Counted from the whole stretch's first letter, positions 9,163 to 20,312 are shown. The stretch: DNA of 63,824 nucleotides, filler included, from Trichomonas gallinae (GCA_008369845.1; 6 parts of 6 records of this genome joined end to end with filler, not necessarily neighbours in it); one strand, 5' to 3'. The notes: generated by a model not told the origin, from the sequence alone. Translations and numbers: made by a program.

Positions 9163-11679
9163 TTATTTATGAGGGACGTCATAGACATCTTTATAAAACT
9201 GAACAGCCGCCCATCCTGGATTGTAATTTGTTCTTTTAAGCAAATCTTTGGCGACTTCGTCAGATATAACTAACTCACGCAATCTATTGATCATTTCACG
9301 GATATCTTGTATTTCTTCGTTATTTTCTTTATTAGTCTTGTCTGTAAATTCAACATTATCATCTTGATCCGAATTTTGAGTGTGACTTGATTGCGTGGAG
9401 TGGTCTGATACATGTGTACTCTCCGATTCTTCTTCATCATCAGCTTCGAACTCGTAAACACTTTCTTCTTCATCAGATTCCGAATCTGATTCTTGAGATC
9501 TCGTCTTTATAGTTAATGAAGGTATATTTGAGTATATATATTGTTTATACCCTTCATCCTCATCATTATCTTCTTCTTTTGGAGTATTTTCTGGTTTTTG
9601 TATTTTAGAGCCTCTTTTTTGTGGTGGCTTAGTTCTATGGTATTTGTAGAAAACAGGCTGAGCTAGTTTATCTTCGTCAAATCTAATCATATATAAAACT
9701 GCAAATTCATTAAAGGTCATTTTATCAGTTTCCTTGTAAATTTGCTCACGTTCAACTTTGTCATTGTATTTTCTCCTGTCGAATATTGTTATATCCATGT
9801 CTTTGTCTTTAGGTTCGTTGATAAATTTCTTATATTTTTGAGGAACATTTAATTTCGACATTCTCATGCGCTGTAGTAAGTCATATTCTTTACGTGTCAT
9901 ATGCGGATATTGGCCAACGTCAACAAAGACGCGATTCCTATTAATCCGCAAATTCGGTGATTTCAGATTAATAAGTGCGAGAGCATTCTTTCTTTCATCT
10001 TTTGGCATTCCATTAAAGCACTGCATTGTTATTGATTTCTCTTTCTTCGATAATGATTGAATTTTTGTAATTTTGATTATCTCGCCTATAATTCTTTCAC
10101 AATTCGATGATATTTGACGCTTAGTTTGCTCAGAGATTGTATTGGTTGACTTCTGATTTGGTCTAAATTCATCTTCATCATTAGATTTGGATTTTGAAAT
10201 TGATCTCGTTTTTGTTGAATTTGTTGCTGGTTTATTTGTAGGAATAACATGTAAAAGATTTGTATTTCGCCTATATTTAGCTAAGCATCGAAACTCATTC
10301 ATTGAAATTCGTGGAAATTTTTTAGTAATTTCTTGAAATATCTCATTATATGGTAAATTGCAATCCCTGATCATCTGTGACAGTGCTTTTGAAGTATACG
10401 TCCTTCTATCCATGAGAATCAAGTTTTTTGGATGCATTGGCAAAGTTCGAGCGTATTCTTGCAAAGAACTGTGAATTATTAATTTATTTTCCCTGTACAT
10501 GTTTATAAGGTCGTATTCTGGAAGTGTTATGATCCTTTTATCGCCAAGAAATTCAGTTATTTTTCTTGACGCTTGATCTTCTGTTTTTTCTTTAACATCA
10601 GTTACTAAATTGATATTACTAGATCCTTCGAATCCCAAAATAACAAAATAATTGTTACTAACTGGAAGATATGGATTATCAACACTGGCGAGAAATTTTT
10701 TATCATCTTGTTCTAAATCTGGATGATCTCGCGCTACAACTTGAGTTCTACGGCTATGTTTTGATTTACTTGTTTGTATTTTATTATTTGGATCACGTTC
10801 AACATTATTTTGTGCATTTGTCAGAGAATTTTGTGGTTTTGTATTCAGTTGACCTGGTTTGTATATGGTTTTAAGGCTTTCTTCACCTGAAAATGAATCT
10901 GATGGAGGTTCTTCGTAAGAAACATGTGGTTTTGAACGTCTCTCCTCGAGTACTCTCTCAAGCAAATTAGGAGAGTGTATTTCATCGTTATTATTTAATT
11001 TTATTTTTTTTTCTCGAGAAATCTGTTGTTTTGGTTCAAAAGTGTCTTTATTTGCATCTGAACTAGCATTACTTGCAGCATCAGTCAACAGAGTCGGACA
11101 AGAATCAGAACTTGTCTCATGATCAGAGCTTGAGTAACTTATTACATGGATATCATTGTATGTTGGGCGTGGTATATCTGAATTAGATGTAAGAGGCGCA
11201 ATTAAAGTAGGTTCATCGTCCGAATCACTTGAATAATCATTTGCGCGTGCTAATGGAATCGATTTAGCTGTAAGAAGTGTAATTGCTTTGTCTACGTCGC
11301 CATTTGTTGTTTTTAGTGCTTGTATTACTTGATCACGAGATTTTCCAAGATTTTGTAAGAATGTTATTGATGACTCAAACTCACTATAGTTATTGGTAAT
11401 GTTGATTGTAGTTTTTGGTTCAGTTGCTGTTTTAATTTTACATTCAAGTTTCTTGTATGAGCTATTTTTGTCAATAATTAAGTAATCACTAACTGTATAT
11501 CCTTTAAACATCAGTTCAATATTTGATTTTGGTATTTTTGTCATCGTTTCTAAAAGATTTTTTATATCCAATATACTCATTGGTTCTTTAAGATCAATTT
11601 CAATATCATTCATATTATTATCGATAAAATGGATTACAACGGTAAACTTTTGTCTACTTTTACGTGAAGCAGAATCCAT
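9163..11679 (-). CDS. Protein with N-terminal ubiquitin-like domain, UBA domain, internal duplicated domain and C-terminal UBA-like domain
   Basis: 838-aa ORF. UBL-like ILDIKNLLETMTKIPKSNIELMFKG; UBA ITFLQNLGKSRDQVIQALKTTNGDVDKAITLL; C-terminal INRLRELVISDEVAKDLLKRTNYNPGWAAVQFY. Confidence 0.75.
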   Translation of the reverse strand: MDSASRKSRQKFTVVIHFIDNNMNDIEIDLKEPMSILDIKNLLETMTKIPKSNIELMFKGYTVSDYLIIDKNSSYKKLECKIKTATEPKTTINITNNYSEFESSITFLQNLGKSRDQVIQALKTTNGDVDKAITLLTAKSIPLARANDYSSDSDDEPTLIAPLTSNSDIPRPTYNDIHVISYSSSDHETSSDSCPTLLTDAASNASSDANKDTFEPKQQISREKKIKLNNNDEIHSPNLLERVLEERRSKPHVSYEEPPSDSFSGEESLKTIYKPGQLNTKPQNSLTNAQNNVERDPNNKIQTSKSKHSRRTQVVARDHPDLEQDDKKFLASVDNPYLPVSNNYFVILGFEGSSNINLVTDVKEKTEDQASRKITEFLGDKRIITLPEYDLINMYRENKLIIHSSLQEYARTLPMHPKNLILMDRRTYTSKALSQMIRDCNLPYNEIFQEITKKFPRISMNEFRCLAKYRRNTNLLHVIPTNKPATNSTKTRSISKSKSNDEDEFRPNQKSTNTISEQTKRQISSNCERIIGEIIKITKIQSLSKKEKSITMQCFNGMPKDERKNALALINLKSPNLRINRNRVFVDVGQYPHMTRKEYDLLQRMRMSKLNVPQKYKKFINEPKDKDMDITIFDRRKYNDKVEREQIYKETDKMTFNEFAVLYMIRFDEDKLAQPVFYKYHRTKPPQKRGSKIQKPENTPKEEDNDEDEGYKQYIYSNIPSLTIKTRSQESDSESDEEESVYEFEADDEEESESTHVSDHSTQSSHTQNSDQDDNVEFTDKTNKENNEEIQDIREMINRLRELVISDEVAKDLLKRTNYNPGWAAVQFYKDVYDVPHK

Positions 11680-12147
11680 TTCCGATGTTTTGGAAAAATT
11701 CTACCAAATTTTGAAAAACTCCCTAAATAATATTTCACCCCTATTTTATTTTACATGGCAAATTGTAAAGTAGTTTTGTCAAAAGTTTCGTTTTCTTTCC
11801 AAATCTTTATAGTAACTTTTAACTTTTCAAATATAGATCAAGAACAACTATTTCTATTGGAATATTGCAATAGCATTAAATTTAGAAAAAAATATTTTTC
11901 ATTCAATCAAATTTCATTAGCAGCTATTATTAAATATTAAATAAGATCAAATAGCATTGTTTGAAAATGAGGTATCAAAGTTTGGCTTTCTTGCTGATAA
12001 TTTCAAACGATAATGCAAAATTTTATTTGTGATTTTGCAATTTTTAGGTGGATAAATAGGATAAAACATCCGAATAAATAAAATTTAATCTATACATATC
12101 TATAAACAAACAAAATAAAAATACTAAGATAATTTGGTGAAAAAAAT

Positions 12148-14460
12148 TCACCATTCGTTAGCATTCCAATAAAACATATCATTGGGATCTTTTCCTTGGG
12201 GTCTTTCGTCCTTTATATTCTTTAGTTTCTTCTTTCCTCTTCCAGACGATGAAGAAGATGAGTGGCTGCTTGAGTATTCGTAGGCTCTGCGTACGCCGCG
12301 ACGATTTGAAAACTTCGTTGACTGTGATGGATTGTAAGCTCTGATTTCCCGTCTTGATTCATCAGATGAGCTTTGCTGGCGTTTTTTAGATTTGCATGCA
12401 ACGCAAATGCAAACAATAACAATTGTTGTAAAAGCAATAAATAAGAAAGCAGATGCAGCAATGATTGTATATAAAATTAGTTTCTTATTTGAATCATCTG
12501 AGGGTTTGTCATTTGGACTTGGTATCGTAGGAGGCTGTTCTGTTGGTAGTTCTGATGGCTGCTCATGTCTATCAATAACATTAATGGATGGTGGTGCAGT
12601 AATTGAGTATTTCTCGTCGAGAGGAACGATAATTAAAGAAATCTTTTGTTTGGAGTCTCCTTTAACTACAATAGTTGTCTTAGAGTTGGCTGTTGCTATG
12701 ACAACAAATGGAATTTGCGTTATATTATCAGGATCAACAGTAATTTTGAAAGGATCATTAAGATTTGTATTATAGAAGAAGAAATTACTGCTAATGAAGA
12801 AATCACTAGATAAAACAACCGAATTTCCGATATCAGCGTCTGCTGGTTTCTTGTCAAAAATAATCTGAATTTTTCGAAAATCAACGAGTACATTCATTGA
12901 TGGCTGTGATGGAAGAATCAATGAAGAGTTTTTGATGTTTTGAGCATCGAGATTAAGCAATGATTCATAAGTAACGTTAAATAAACAATTATTAATGGAA
13001 ATGTTAGGAGAAGGCTCAACTATATCAAATTTGGCATAACTCTTCATAGAATCCTTCATATCTTGGATTGGAGCTGTAGAATTCATAAAAATGTCGGCAA
13101 CAGTTGAATTGTAGATTTTCAGATGAGAAGAAGGAGTAACTATAAGACTGAGATTGTAATTACGCTCTATTAAGTCTTCTTTTTTATATATTTCTGCATT
13201 ATCAAGAAGATTCAATTCGCAATTTCGAATTGAAGTTGAAATGGTTTTGTAATCATCAATTATTAATTTAGATCGGTATAAATCAACTCTCTTAACATTA
13301 TATACTGACAAACTGTTCGATTGAACTTTTGGAACAGAGTAATTAGGTCCATCTACGTATGGTCTTGGAGTGTCTTGAAGATCTAAGTGTACTTCATTGC
13401 TGTTTGACAAGGAAACATACTTTGAAGAGAAGTAATCTATTGAAACTTTGTCAATGTGGAAAATAAAGCTGTTGTTTTGAAAGAATGGACAATTTCGTAT
13501 TATTAACTCGTCACAACTAGTTATATTTTGCTCCGAAGTAATTTGAATATTTTCAATATTAAGTAAACGTAAATGAACACTTTTTGAAAGATTTAACTGC
13601 GGCCTGTAGTAGTTATCAATGTCTCCTTTAATATTCACGACGTAATTATTGATATTTATTGGAAGATATAATATTAAAGTGGCGTTAATTTTTAATTCTA
13701 TATCCAATACATCTGAAGCGTCTGTCTGAATCTGATCGACATAATCTTGAACTTCGTTAAGTAATAAATGTCGTTTTGAACTATCGCATTCATCTTTGTT
13801 TTCTGAGACACACAAAGGCGAAAGAGTTGCTTCATTTGGGGCTGAATTCGGTGGATGGTGTGGCTCTGCTTCAGGTGAAGAAAAACCTTCTTGCGTTTCA
13901 GTTGCCCCTTCTCCCTCGCCTGTTCCCGATCCAGCGCCAGCACCAGTATCGCTGCTATATGTATCCTCACTCTGTGGAGTTTCTTGTCTGGAAAGCGAAG
14001 CTTTAGATGAATCGCTGTTAATATCGGTTTTACATGACTCGTGAATTATCATGAGCGATTTTAATTTGTCTGTTAATGAAAAATCATTCGATGTCGATAG
14101 TTTCAACTGCGAATTTAATAAAGATTGGAATTTAACATTTGAATTTGTCTTATATTTTGTAAGTATGGATTTAACTCGGTATAATAAAGGAATCTGCAGC
14201 GTATTAAATGGAACATATTTGTTAATCAAACTATCGAGTTTTCTTGAGTTCGTTGTGCCATAAAATCGACTATTGGAGCCTTCACTGTGGACAAATACTG
14301 ACTTTGTTAACTCAAAATTGCCCGTATCTGCCACAGGATTAATATCTTTAATGTAATATTTCAACGGCAAATCGGTGTTTTGGGATCTATTCGAGGTATC
14401 TCCCCGGTCAGGAGGGTACGACGACCTACTGAGCCAAAACAAAGAAAGACTCAGTAGCAT
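12148..14460 (-). CDS. Type I single-pass membrane/surface protein
   Basis: Hydrophobic N-terminus MLLSLSLFWLS, Asn/Ile-rich ectodomain, Pro-rich stalk, TM helix LILYTIIAASAFLFIAFTTIVIVCICVAC followed by KSKKR, and a Ser/Lys-rich cytosolic tail. Confidence 0.8.
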   Translation of the reverse strand: MLLSLSLFWLSRSSYPPDRGDTSNRSQNTDLPLKYYIKDINPVADTGNFELTKSVFVHSEGSNSRFYGTTNSRKLDSLINKYVPFNTLQIPLLYRVKSILTKYKTNSNVKFQSLLNSQLKLSTSNDFSLTDKLKSLMIIHESCKTDINSDSSKASLSRQETPQSEDTYSSDTGAGAGSGTGEGEGATETQEGFSSPEAEPHHPPNSAPNEATLSPLCVSENKDECDSSKRHLLLNEVQDYVDQIQTDASDVLDIELKINATLILYLPININNYVVNIKGDIDNYYRPQLNLSKSVHLRLLNIENIQITSEQNITSCDELIIRNCPFFQNNSFIFHIDKVSIDYFSSKYVSLSNSNEVHLDLQDTPRPYVDGPNYSVPKVQSNSLSVYNVKRVDLYRSKLIIDDYKTISTSIRNCELNLLDNAEIYKKEDLIERNYNLSLIVTPSSHLKIYNSTVADIFMNSTAPIQDMKDSMKSYAKFDIVEPSPNISINNCLFNVTYESLLNLDAQNIKNSSLILPSQPSMNVLVDFRKIQIIFDKKPADADIGNSVVLSSDFFISSNFFFYNTNLNDPFKITVDPDNITQIPFVVIATANSKTTIVVKGDSKQKISLIIVPLDEKYSITAPPSINVIDRHEQPSELPTEQPPTIPSPNDKPSDDSNKKLILYTIIAASAFLFIAFTTIVIVCICVACKSKKRQQSSSDESRREIRAYNPSQSTKFSNRRGVRRAYEYSSSHSSSSSSGRGKKKLKNIKDERPQGKDPNDMFYWNANEW

Positions 14461-15283
14461 CCCAAAAAAAACTCAAAAAAATAATTTTAGAAATTCAATT
14501 TCTTGGAAAATACTGGTAATATTCGCTATGGGGATTATAAATTCAAAAGAATAAGATTTTATGAAATTTTTCAAGAAAAGTAATCGAAAAATTCAAACCG
14601 TTATTTTTCAGATTTTTGATAATCATTCAAAATAAGTTTATCTTTATTGGAATATACATCTTATGAGAAATCTATTTTTAAGTAAGGTAAATTTTGACTG
14701 AGTTTTTTAACTTAATAAGTGAATATTATATTTCTAACAATATAAAACATATAATTCACAAAAAACGATGATTTGACATGTAAAGTGGAGTTAAAACAAG
14801 GTTTTGTATAAATATCCATCAATTCAATCTGCAGGATTAACATTTTTAATCATCGCGCCTTATATACTATGTATATGCGATCACGACTTAAAATTGGCAT
14901 TTATGAAAATTTCCTTCAAAATCGATTTATCACATTTCGCATTTTCTGCGATATTTGTGTTAAGAGTCTAAAAATATGCATAAATACTTATTTTTTATTT
15001 TTTAAAGATTAGAATTTTTCACCAAAATGAATATTTTATTCTAAATTATTTGATTTCGATTCTTGGTAAATGATTCGTTACATAAATAAGATATTTTGAG
15101 GATAGACTTATATGCTTATACACACTATATTTTCGAGGTTTTCATATAAAAATATTTCGTTTTTCATTAAAATTTAATGCAGAATTCTCCGAAACCAGCA
15201 TAAATTGTAAATCCAATAGATAATGATTACAAATTTCTCGTTAAAAAGAAGTGCAAATTAAATTTATTAAAAGTGCCAAAACA

Positions 15284-16252
15284 ATGAAAGTTATTGTTCT
15301 TGGCGCCGGATCCATTGGCACGTTGTTCGGTACTACACTAATCAAAGGTGGCCATGAAGTAATTTTCCTTGATGCATGGCAACCATTGATATACGCAATA
15401 CATAAGGAGCCTTACGCTGTAATTAAACACGAAGATAACAACGAACGCATTCCAATCAAGCTATATCCATCACATGAGCTACCAGCATCGTTTGAGCCGG
15501 ATTTAGTAATTGTTTCTGTTAAATCTGTTGCAACGAAATTAGCGATCAAAACAATTAAGAACTTAATCAAAGAAAATACGGTTGTTTTGACATGCCAGGG
15601 TGGATTTGAGAATGCTGATATAATTGCTGAAGAAATCCCGAACAAAAATTTGTTGATTCATGGCTGCACAAGAAGCCACTGCAAATCTGTCGGCCCAATG
15701 ACAATAGAAAAGTATTACATTGGTGATACAATCGTATGGCCGTATGAAATCCAACAAAATCAACAACCTTCCGGAAAAATAATTAATATTATCGAATTAT
15801 GCAACAAAGCAGGCTTGAAAATACAACTTTCCGAGACTGCCATCGCTGAGAAGTGGAAGATACTTCTCGGATATCCAACAATTTACGCTTTAGCTGCTGT
15901 TTGTGGTTTGACAATCGGAAACATTTGGAATACAAACAGAGGGGAAGCAATTCTTACAAATCTCGTGAAAGAAGTCGTTTCTATTGCACAAAAAGAAGGA
16001 ATTCGCGAAGATTTATTTAATTTCGATATTGCAATGAATTACATTCAAAATCTTGCTGAAAATGAACCTGACTTACCAGGAACAATGCTTTTAGATGTTG
16101 TTTCTCACAGAGTCACAGAAGTTGATGCTACAAGCGGAGCCTTACTTCGCAAGGGCGAGAAATACGGACTTTCATTACCAACAATAAATGCTGTTTATTG
16201 TATCCTTCGCATTCGCGAAGAAAATTACGGTTATGAATATGAAAGTAGATAA
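15284..16252 (+). CDS. Ketopantoate reductase (PanE/ApbA) family oxidoreductase, divergent
   Basis: Rossmann motif MKVIVLGAGSIG, DLVIVSVKS, TMLLDV..HRVTEVDATSG, and C-terminal GEKYGLSLPTINAVY. ATG at 15284 is preferred over the upstream GTG. Confidence 0.85.
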   Translation: MKVIVLGAGSIGTLFGTTLIKGGHEVIFLDAWQPLIYAIHKEPYAVIKHEDNNERIPIKLYPSHELPASFEPDLVIVSVKSVATKLAIKTIKNLIKENTVVLTCQGGFENADIIAEEIPNKNLLIHGCTRSHCKSVGPMTIEKYYIGDTIVWPYEIQQNQQPSGKIINIIELCNKAGLKIQLSETAIAEKWKILLGYPTIYALAAVCGLTIGNIWNTNRGEAILTNLVKEVVSIAQKEGIREDLFNFDIAMNYIQNLAENEPDLPGTMLLDVVSHRVTEVDATSGALLRKGEKYGLSLPTINAVYCILRIREENYGYEYESR

Positions 16253-16529
16253 ACTCGATTTATTTAGTAAAATTACACAAACCACACCTTTCTTTAACAC
16301 CTACCAACATAATTTTAGATTTCTTTGCAAATATTTTTTTTTTCTTTTTTTTAAAGGATAAATGGAATTAATTGATGTTATTATATAAGATCAAGTCTAT
16401 TACTGTATTGTTCAATAACTAAATGCTTATTACTCTATTGTAAATTGTTATTTTTTTTATATTTGTTTTAAACACGTAATTTGTTGAATTTTTATTCACA
16501 TTATATACAAAACAGTAAAGTTTTCAGTT

Positions 16530-17717
16530 TCAGTCGCTCATGTTGATGATTGAATCAATTAAAATATCTGATTCAGTTTTCTTGAGGTCTTCATGGTCAG
16601 ACTGATGGTCTTCTTCAAATGAGAAATATAAGTCGTCATTTTCAGCTTCAAATGGAATTTCTTCTTCTTCGTTGTCATCTGATCTTAATAAGTCTTCATT
16701 GTTGTTCTCTTCTTCGTCTGCTTCCTCTTCTTCAACGACTTGTGGCTGTTTTTCGTCTTTTTCATCCTCTTCTTCTTCAATTTGATTAATAATTTTATTT
16801 GCTTCGTTTGGATCAACTTCATCAGCTTCCTCTTCTTCCTCCTTGTGTTCCTTATCAATTTCATCCATTCTTTGCTTGATTTTTCCGAATTGATTAATAA
16901 TTTCATTAATTTTGTTGAAATCAATGTCGTCATCCTCTTCTTCTTCATCTAAAGGCTGTTCTACATCATTAAATTCATGTTTTTCATCTTCTTCTTCGCC
17001 AAATGATAATGAATCAGTATCAACAGCTGAAAATTTGCTCAGAGTTGGTCCTTCTTTGATGAACATCCTCTGTAGCTTCTGATCGATTTGTTGTGAATCA
17101 GAATCTTCAAATTGTTTTTCATTTTGATTTTCGCTTGGATTTTCAACATCTTCTGGCTGTGAGTACTCGACTTCACTGTCGTTGTTCTCATACTGCTTGT
17201 TTTGAGAGACTCCAAGCACGATTTCATCTTCATCAGGTGAAAAAACTGGTGGAATGTAGTATTTTCCTGATTGATCTGAATCAGAGTCAGACCTTATATC
17301 TTGGAATCTGTCAGTTGATCCAGCAGCGACAAATAAAGAATCTTTCGATTCGTAGCGTTTAAAATCTCTGTCATCATTTAACATCAGTTGCTCATTGGAG
17401 CTGGATATCGCTTGTTCTTCAATCGTAACTTTTTTCTGTTTCTTTGTTGGAGGTGGCGAAGTAACTGCTTTGCTTGATTTAAATTGCGGCAAATCTGTTG
17501 TATAATTTCTAGATGATTTATATGCAGCTCGAGGATACGAGTATTTTGATGAAAACGGCGAATTATAATTTGATGCTGGATCAGAAGTTAAAATTGTTTG
17601 AACAGAACGTTCAAGGAGCTGCATTTGAGCATTGCACCTGTCATTCTGAGCTTTGTAATGGTCTAAACGGTCATAATATCTTTTTTGTTCGCGAAGTTGA
17701 CGCGCTAAAGACGCCAT
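16530..17717 (-). CDS. Hypothetical acidic, low-complexity protein
   Basis: Long ORF with coding-like codon use. ATG 17717 (MASLARQ) chosen; ATG 17738 is an alternative. Glu/Asp-rich C-terminal half. Confidence 0.7.
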   Translation of the reverse strand: MASLARQLREQKRYYDRLDHYKAQNDRCNAQMQLLERSVQTILTSDPASNYNSPFSSKYSYPRAAYKSSRNYTTDLPQFKSSKAVTSPPPTKKQKKVTIEEQAISSSNEQLMLNDDRDFKRYESKDSLFVAAGSTDRFQDIRSDSDSDQSGKYYIPPVFSPDEDEIVLGVSQNKQYENNDSEVEYSQPEDVENPSENQNEKQFEDSDSQQIDQKLQRMFIKEGPTLSKFSAVDTDSLSFGEEEDEKHEFNDVEQPLDEEEEDDDIDFNKINEIINQFGKIKQRMDEIDKEHKEEEEEADEVDPNEANKIINQIEEEEDEKDEKQPQVVEEEEADEEENNNEDLLRSDDNEEEEIPFEAENDDLYFSFEEDHQSDHEDLKKTESDILIDSIINMSD

Positions 17718-18218
17718 TTGATATTTTGCTATAAACATGCTAAAAAACAGATTTATTAACCAATCATTCACATGAATTTTTAATTTGGCGATTTTTTTCT
17801 GTTTTAAAAATTTTATTAACGAAATCCACAAGTTTTGACATAAAGTATATCATATATAGTCTATGCTAAATCATTCCAACAACTTCTCTATGTTTAATTT
17901 GCAATTTTTCAAAATTCATTTTTTGAATTCAATTTTTCAGTCAATTTAAATAGATGAATAAGTAGCCTGGATGATAAACCATTTATTTTTAAAATATAAG
18001 TTAAATAATTAAAATAATTATTATCAACAAAAATGTGAACTGTAGATCAAATATTTGTGCATTTTAGACTTCATTTGTTATGATTTTGAGTTGTTTTCGA
18101 AAGATAATTTTTTTCCATAAAATAAATGGAATACATTTGTGACTTGAGGAGCTGATAAGTTGATGGATAAGATGTGAATATCATTAATATAAACGAAGTA
18201 ATTATACATTTATTTAAA

Positions 18219-19877
18219 TTAATTAAGAAGTGGGTCCTTTTCAATAAACTGTTCGCCGATCGCTTTGGCATCTTGGACGAATTTATCAATATCCATCTCA
18301 CAAATATGTTTGACCATCGCAGAAATATTCGTGAAAGCGAATTCGAGATCTGCTGTCATTTCGAGTGACTCAATGAACGGTTCGAACTGCTTGACCATGA
18401 CTTCCAAGCTGACTGGTGCAGCAAGGATGAGAACAAGCAATGAAATATCGAAAAGATCATCGAGGCACAATAAGTGGTCGCTCTTAGCGTAAACCTTGCC
18501 ATTGTTTGCGTCTGTCTTAATTTGGAATGAAATTTCTGAGGCAACAGATTGAATTGTCTTGAGAGCGTCGTGAACAGCTTTACAAAAGTCAAGTGGGCAT
18601 GTCTGGAACTGGAGAAGCTGGAACAATCCAATGGCTTCCCTGTAAGGGTTGTCTTGCGGATATAATCCCAAAGGAATACTTTTCAGAGTCTTTGGAAGGA
18701 AGTTGCCTGAAAATCCAAATCCTATAGGCGGGACAGTGCGTAATCTACGAAGACGAGCTGTAAAATCTGATTTATCGGCATTGAAGATATTTGGTCCGAT
18801 AGTTTGCATGTAAATATTAGAGAAGAAGTAACGAGCAAAGAGTATAAACATGTATTGCATGTTCTGCTCAGAATCTATTTCGAGATATTTCATTAATTCT
18901 GTTGATTGTGTGAGAATTGCCTTTCCGACAGCGTTCGGATGGGTTATTGATATAGAAATGCGTTTTTCGATGCTTGCTTTGATCTCATTCGGAAGATTAT
19001 CAACCAATAATGAAAAGAGGCTTTCTGCTTCACCTTGATCAGTAAAATAGCCTGTCAATGGATTGAATAGCTTAGAGACAATATCTCTTATCGTTGGCCA
19101 GGAATAATCAACGACATCTGGCTTTCTTAATTCTTTATCTACGTGATGAATAAACTGTGTCATTTTCTGATACTGTGGGTCCTTATCTTCGAATTCGTTG
19201 ATCCTGGATTCGATCAGAGAAACGCTGATCTTCAATTCTTGGGTAACCGGATTTGCTGAGAAAATATGAATGAAATTGCCAATGAATTGGACACATGAGT
19301 GCACGTGGTCTATATTTTTCTTGATTAGGTCCAAGCGGTCAACTCTCAAGCTGTAAGATAAGCTATGCAATCCTCTTCTTGTCATTGTTGCTCCGCTTGG
19401 GACTTTTTGGACGAAATATTTCTGCTTGACCTTCTCAAGCTGCTTGTCCACCTTCGCAGTTGCGTCTAGGATCTTTGGAGTAACTTGTTGAAATCTTGTG
19501 GTTTCTGCTGAGAGATCATCCTGATATACTTTACGAGGATCTTTATCTGGTGGGCAGGCAAACTCGTTAAACGGAGAAATTCGCACGAATTCTTCGATTT
19601 CAGGGTGTTGTCTGAGAAAGCTGTAAATAACTTCGTTTGGATCTTTCGATCTAGCCAGGTTGTCCTTCGAGCTATCCCTTTTAATTGGAGGAGGCATAAT
19701 ATCGTCTTTTTTGTCTTTAGATTTTGTCGAAAATAAATCGTCGGCGTCAAACAAATTTAACGCGCTGGTAGACTTGACTTTCGATTGCGAAAAACCTGTA
19801 CCCTTAGAAGACAGCTGATTTTTCTTCTTCTTTGTCGAGGAAGTGTCATTAAAAAGTATATCCATTTTCTGATCCAT
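18219..19877 (-). CDS. Hypothetical protein with C-terminal VPS9-like (Rab5-GEF-like) domain
   Basis: 552-aa ORF. PLDFCKAVHDALKTI...LLCLDDLFDISLLVLI...EFAFTNISAMVKHI resembles the VPS9 xDDLLP..YV and Y..T.L.AA..I motifs. Confidence 0.6.
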   Translation of the reverse strand: MDQKMDILFNDTSSTKKKKNQLSSKGTGFSQSKVKSTSALNLFDADDLFSTKSKDKKDDIMPPPIKRDSSKDNLARSKDPNEVIYSFLRQHPEIEEFVRISPFNEFACPPDKDPRKVYQDDLSAETTRFQQVTPKILDATAKVDKQLEKVKQKYFVQKVPSGATMTRRGLHSLSYSLRVDRLDLIKKNIDHVHSCVQFIGNFIHIFSANPVTQELKISVSLIESRINEFEDKDPQYQKMTQFIHHVDKELRKPDVVDYSWPTIRDIVSKLFNPLTGYFTDQGEAESLFSLLVDNLPNEIKASIEKRISISITHPNAVGKAILTQSTELMKYLEIDSEQNMQYMFILFARYFFSNIYMQTIGPNIFNADKSDFTARLRRLRTVPPIGFGFSGNFLPKTLKSIPLGLYPQDNPYREAIGLFQLLQFQTCPLDFCKAVHDALKTIQSVASEISFQIKTDANNGKVYAKSDHLLCLDDLFDISLLVLILAAPVSLEVMVKQFEPFIESLEMTADLEFAFTNISAMVKHICEMDIDKFVQDAKAIGEQFIEKDPLLN

Positions 19878-20312
19878 TTTTTCCTTCAGATTTTGATTTT
19901 ATTGCAGAATATCGATCTATATACTATAAAATATATATTTATATAACCTTTAAAAATAAAATTAATTTGATTGGAAATATGAAAGATATATCATATGAAA
20001 TGCATATTTTATACGAAATTTTGAAAAATTTTATTTTCTTTGATTTGTCAAATTTCAAAAATTTCATCTTCCTGCAAAATATAACGATACATAATATAAG
20101 AATAATAAAAATACAAAAATCAAGCCATTTCTGAATTTTTATTGGAAAATCAGATCATATTATATTGAACATATCTGAATTTCCCAAAATTTTCATTTTT
20201 CAGATTTTTCAATCGTTATTTGAATTTTCTGACTTTTAAGGGGGTAGGTTTGAATGGTTTACAAAATTTGAAAAAGTGCTTCATATCAGCCAGTCAGAGC
20301 GACGCCCGTGGG

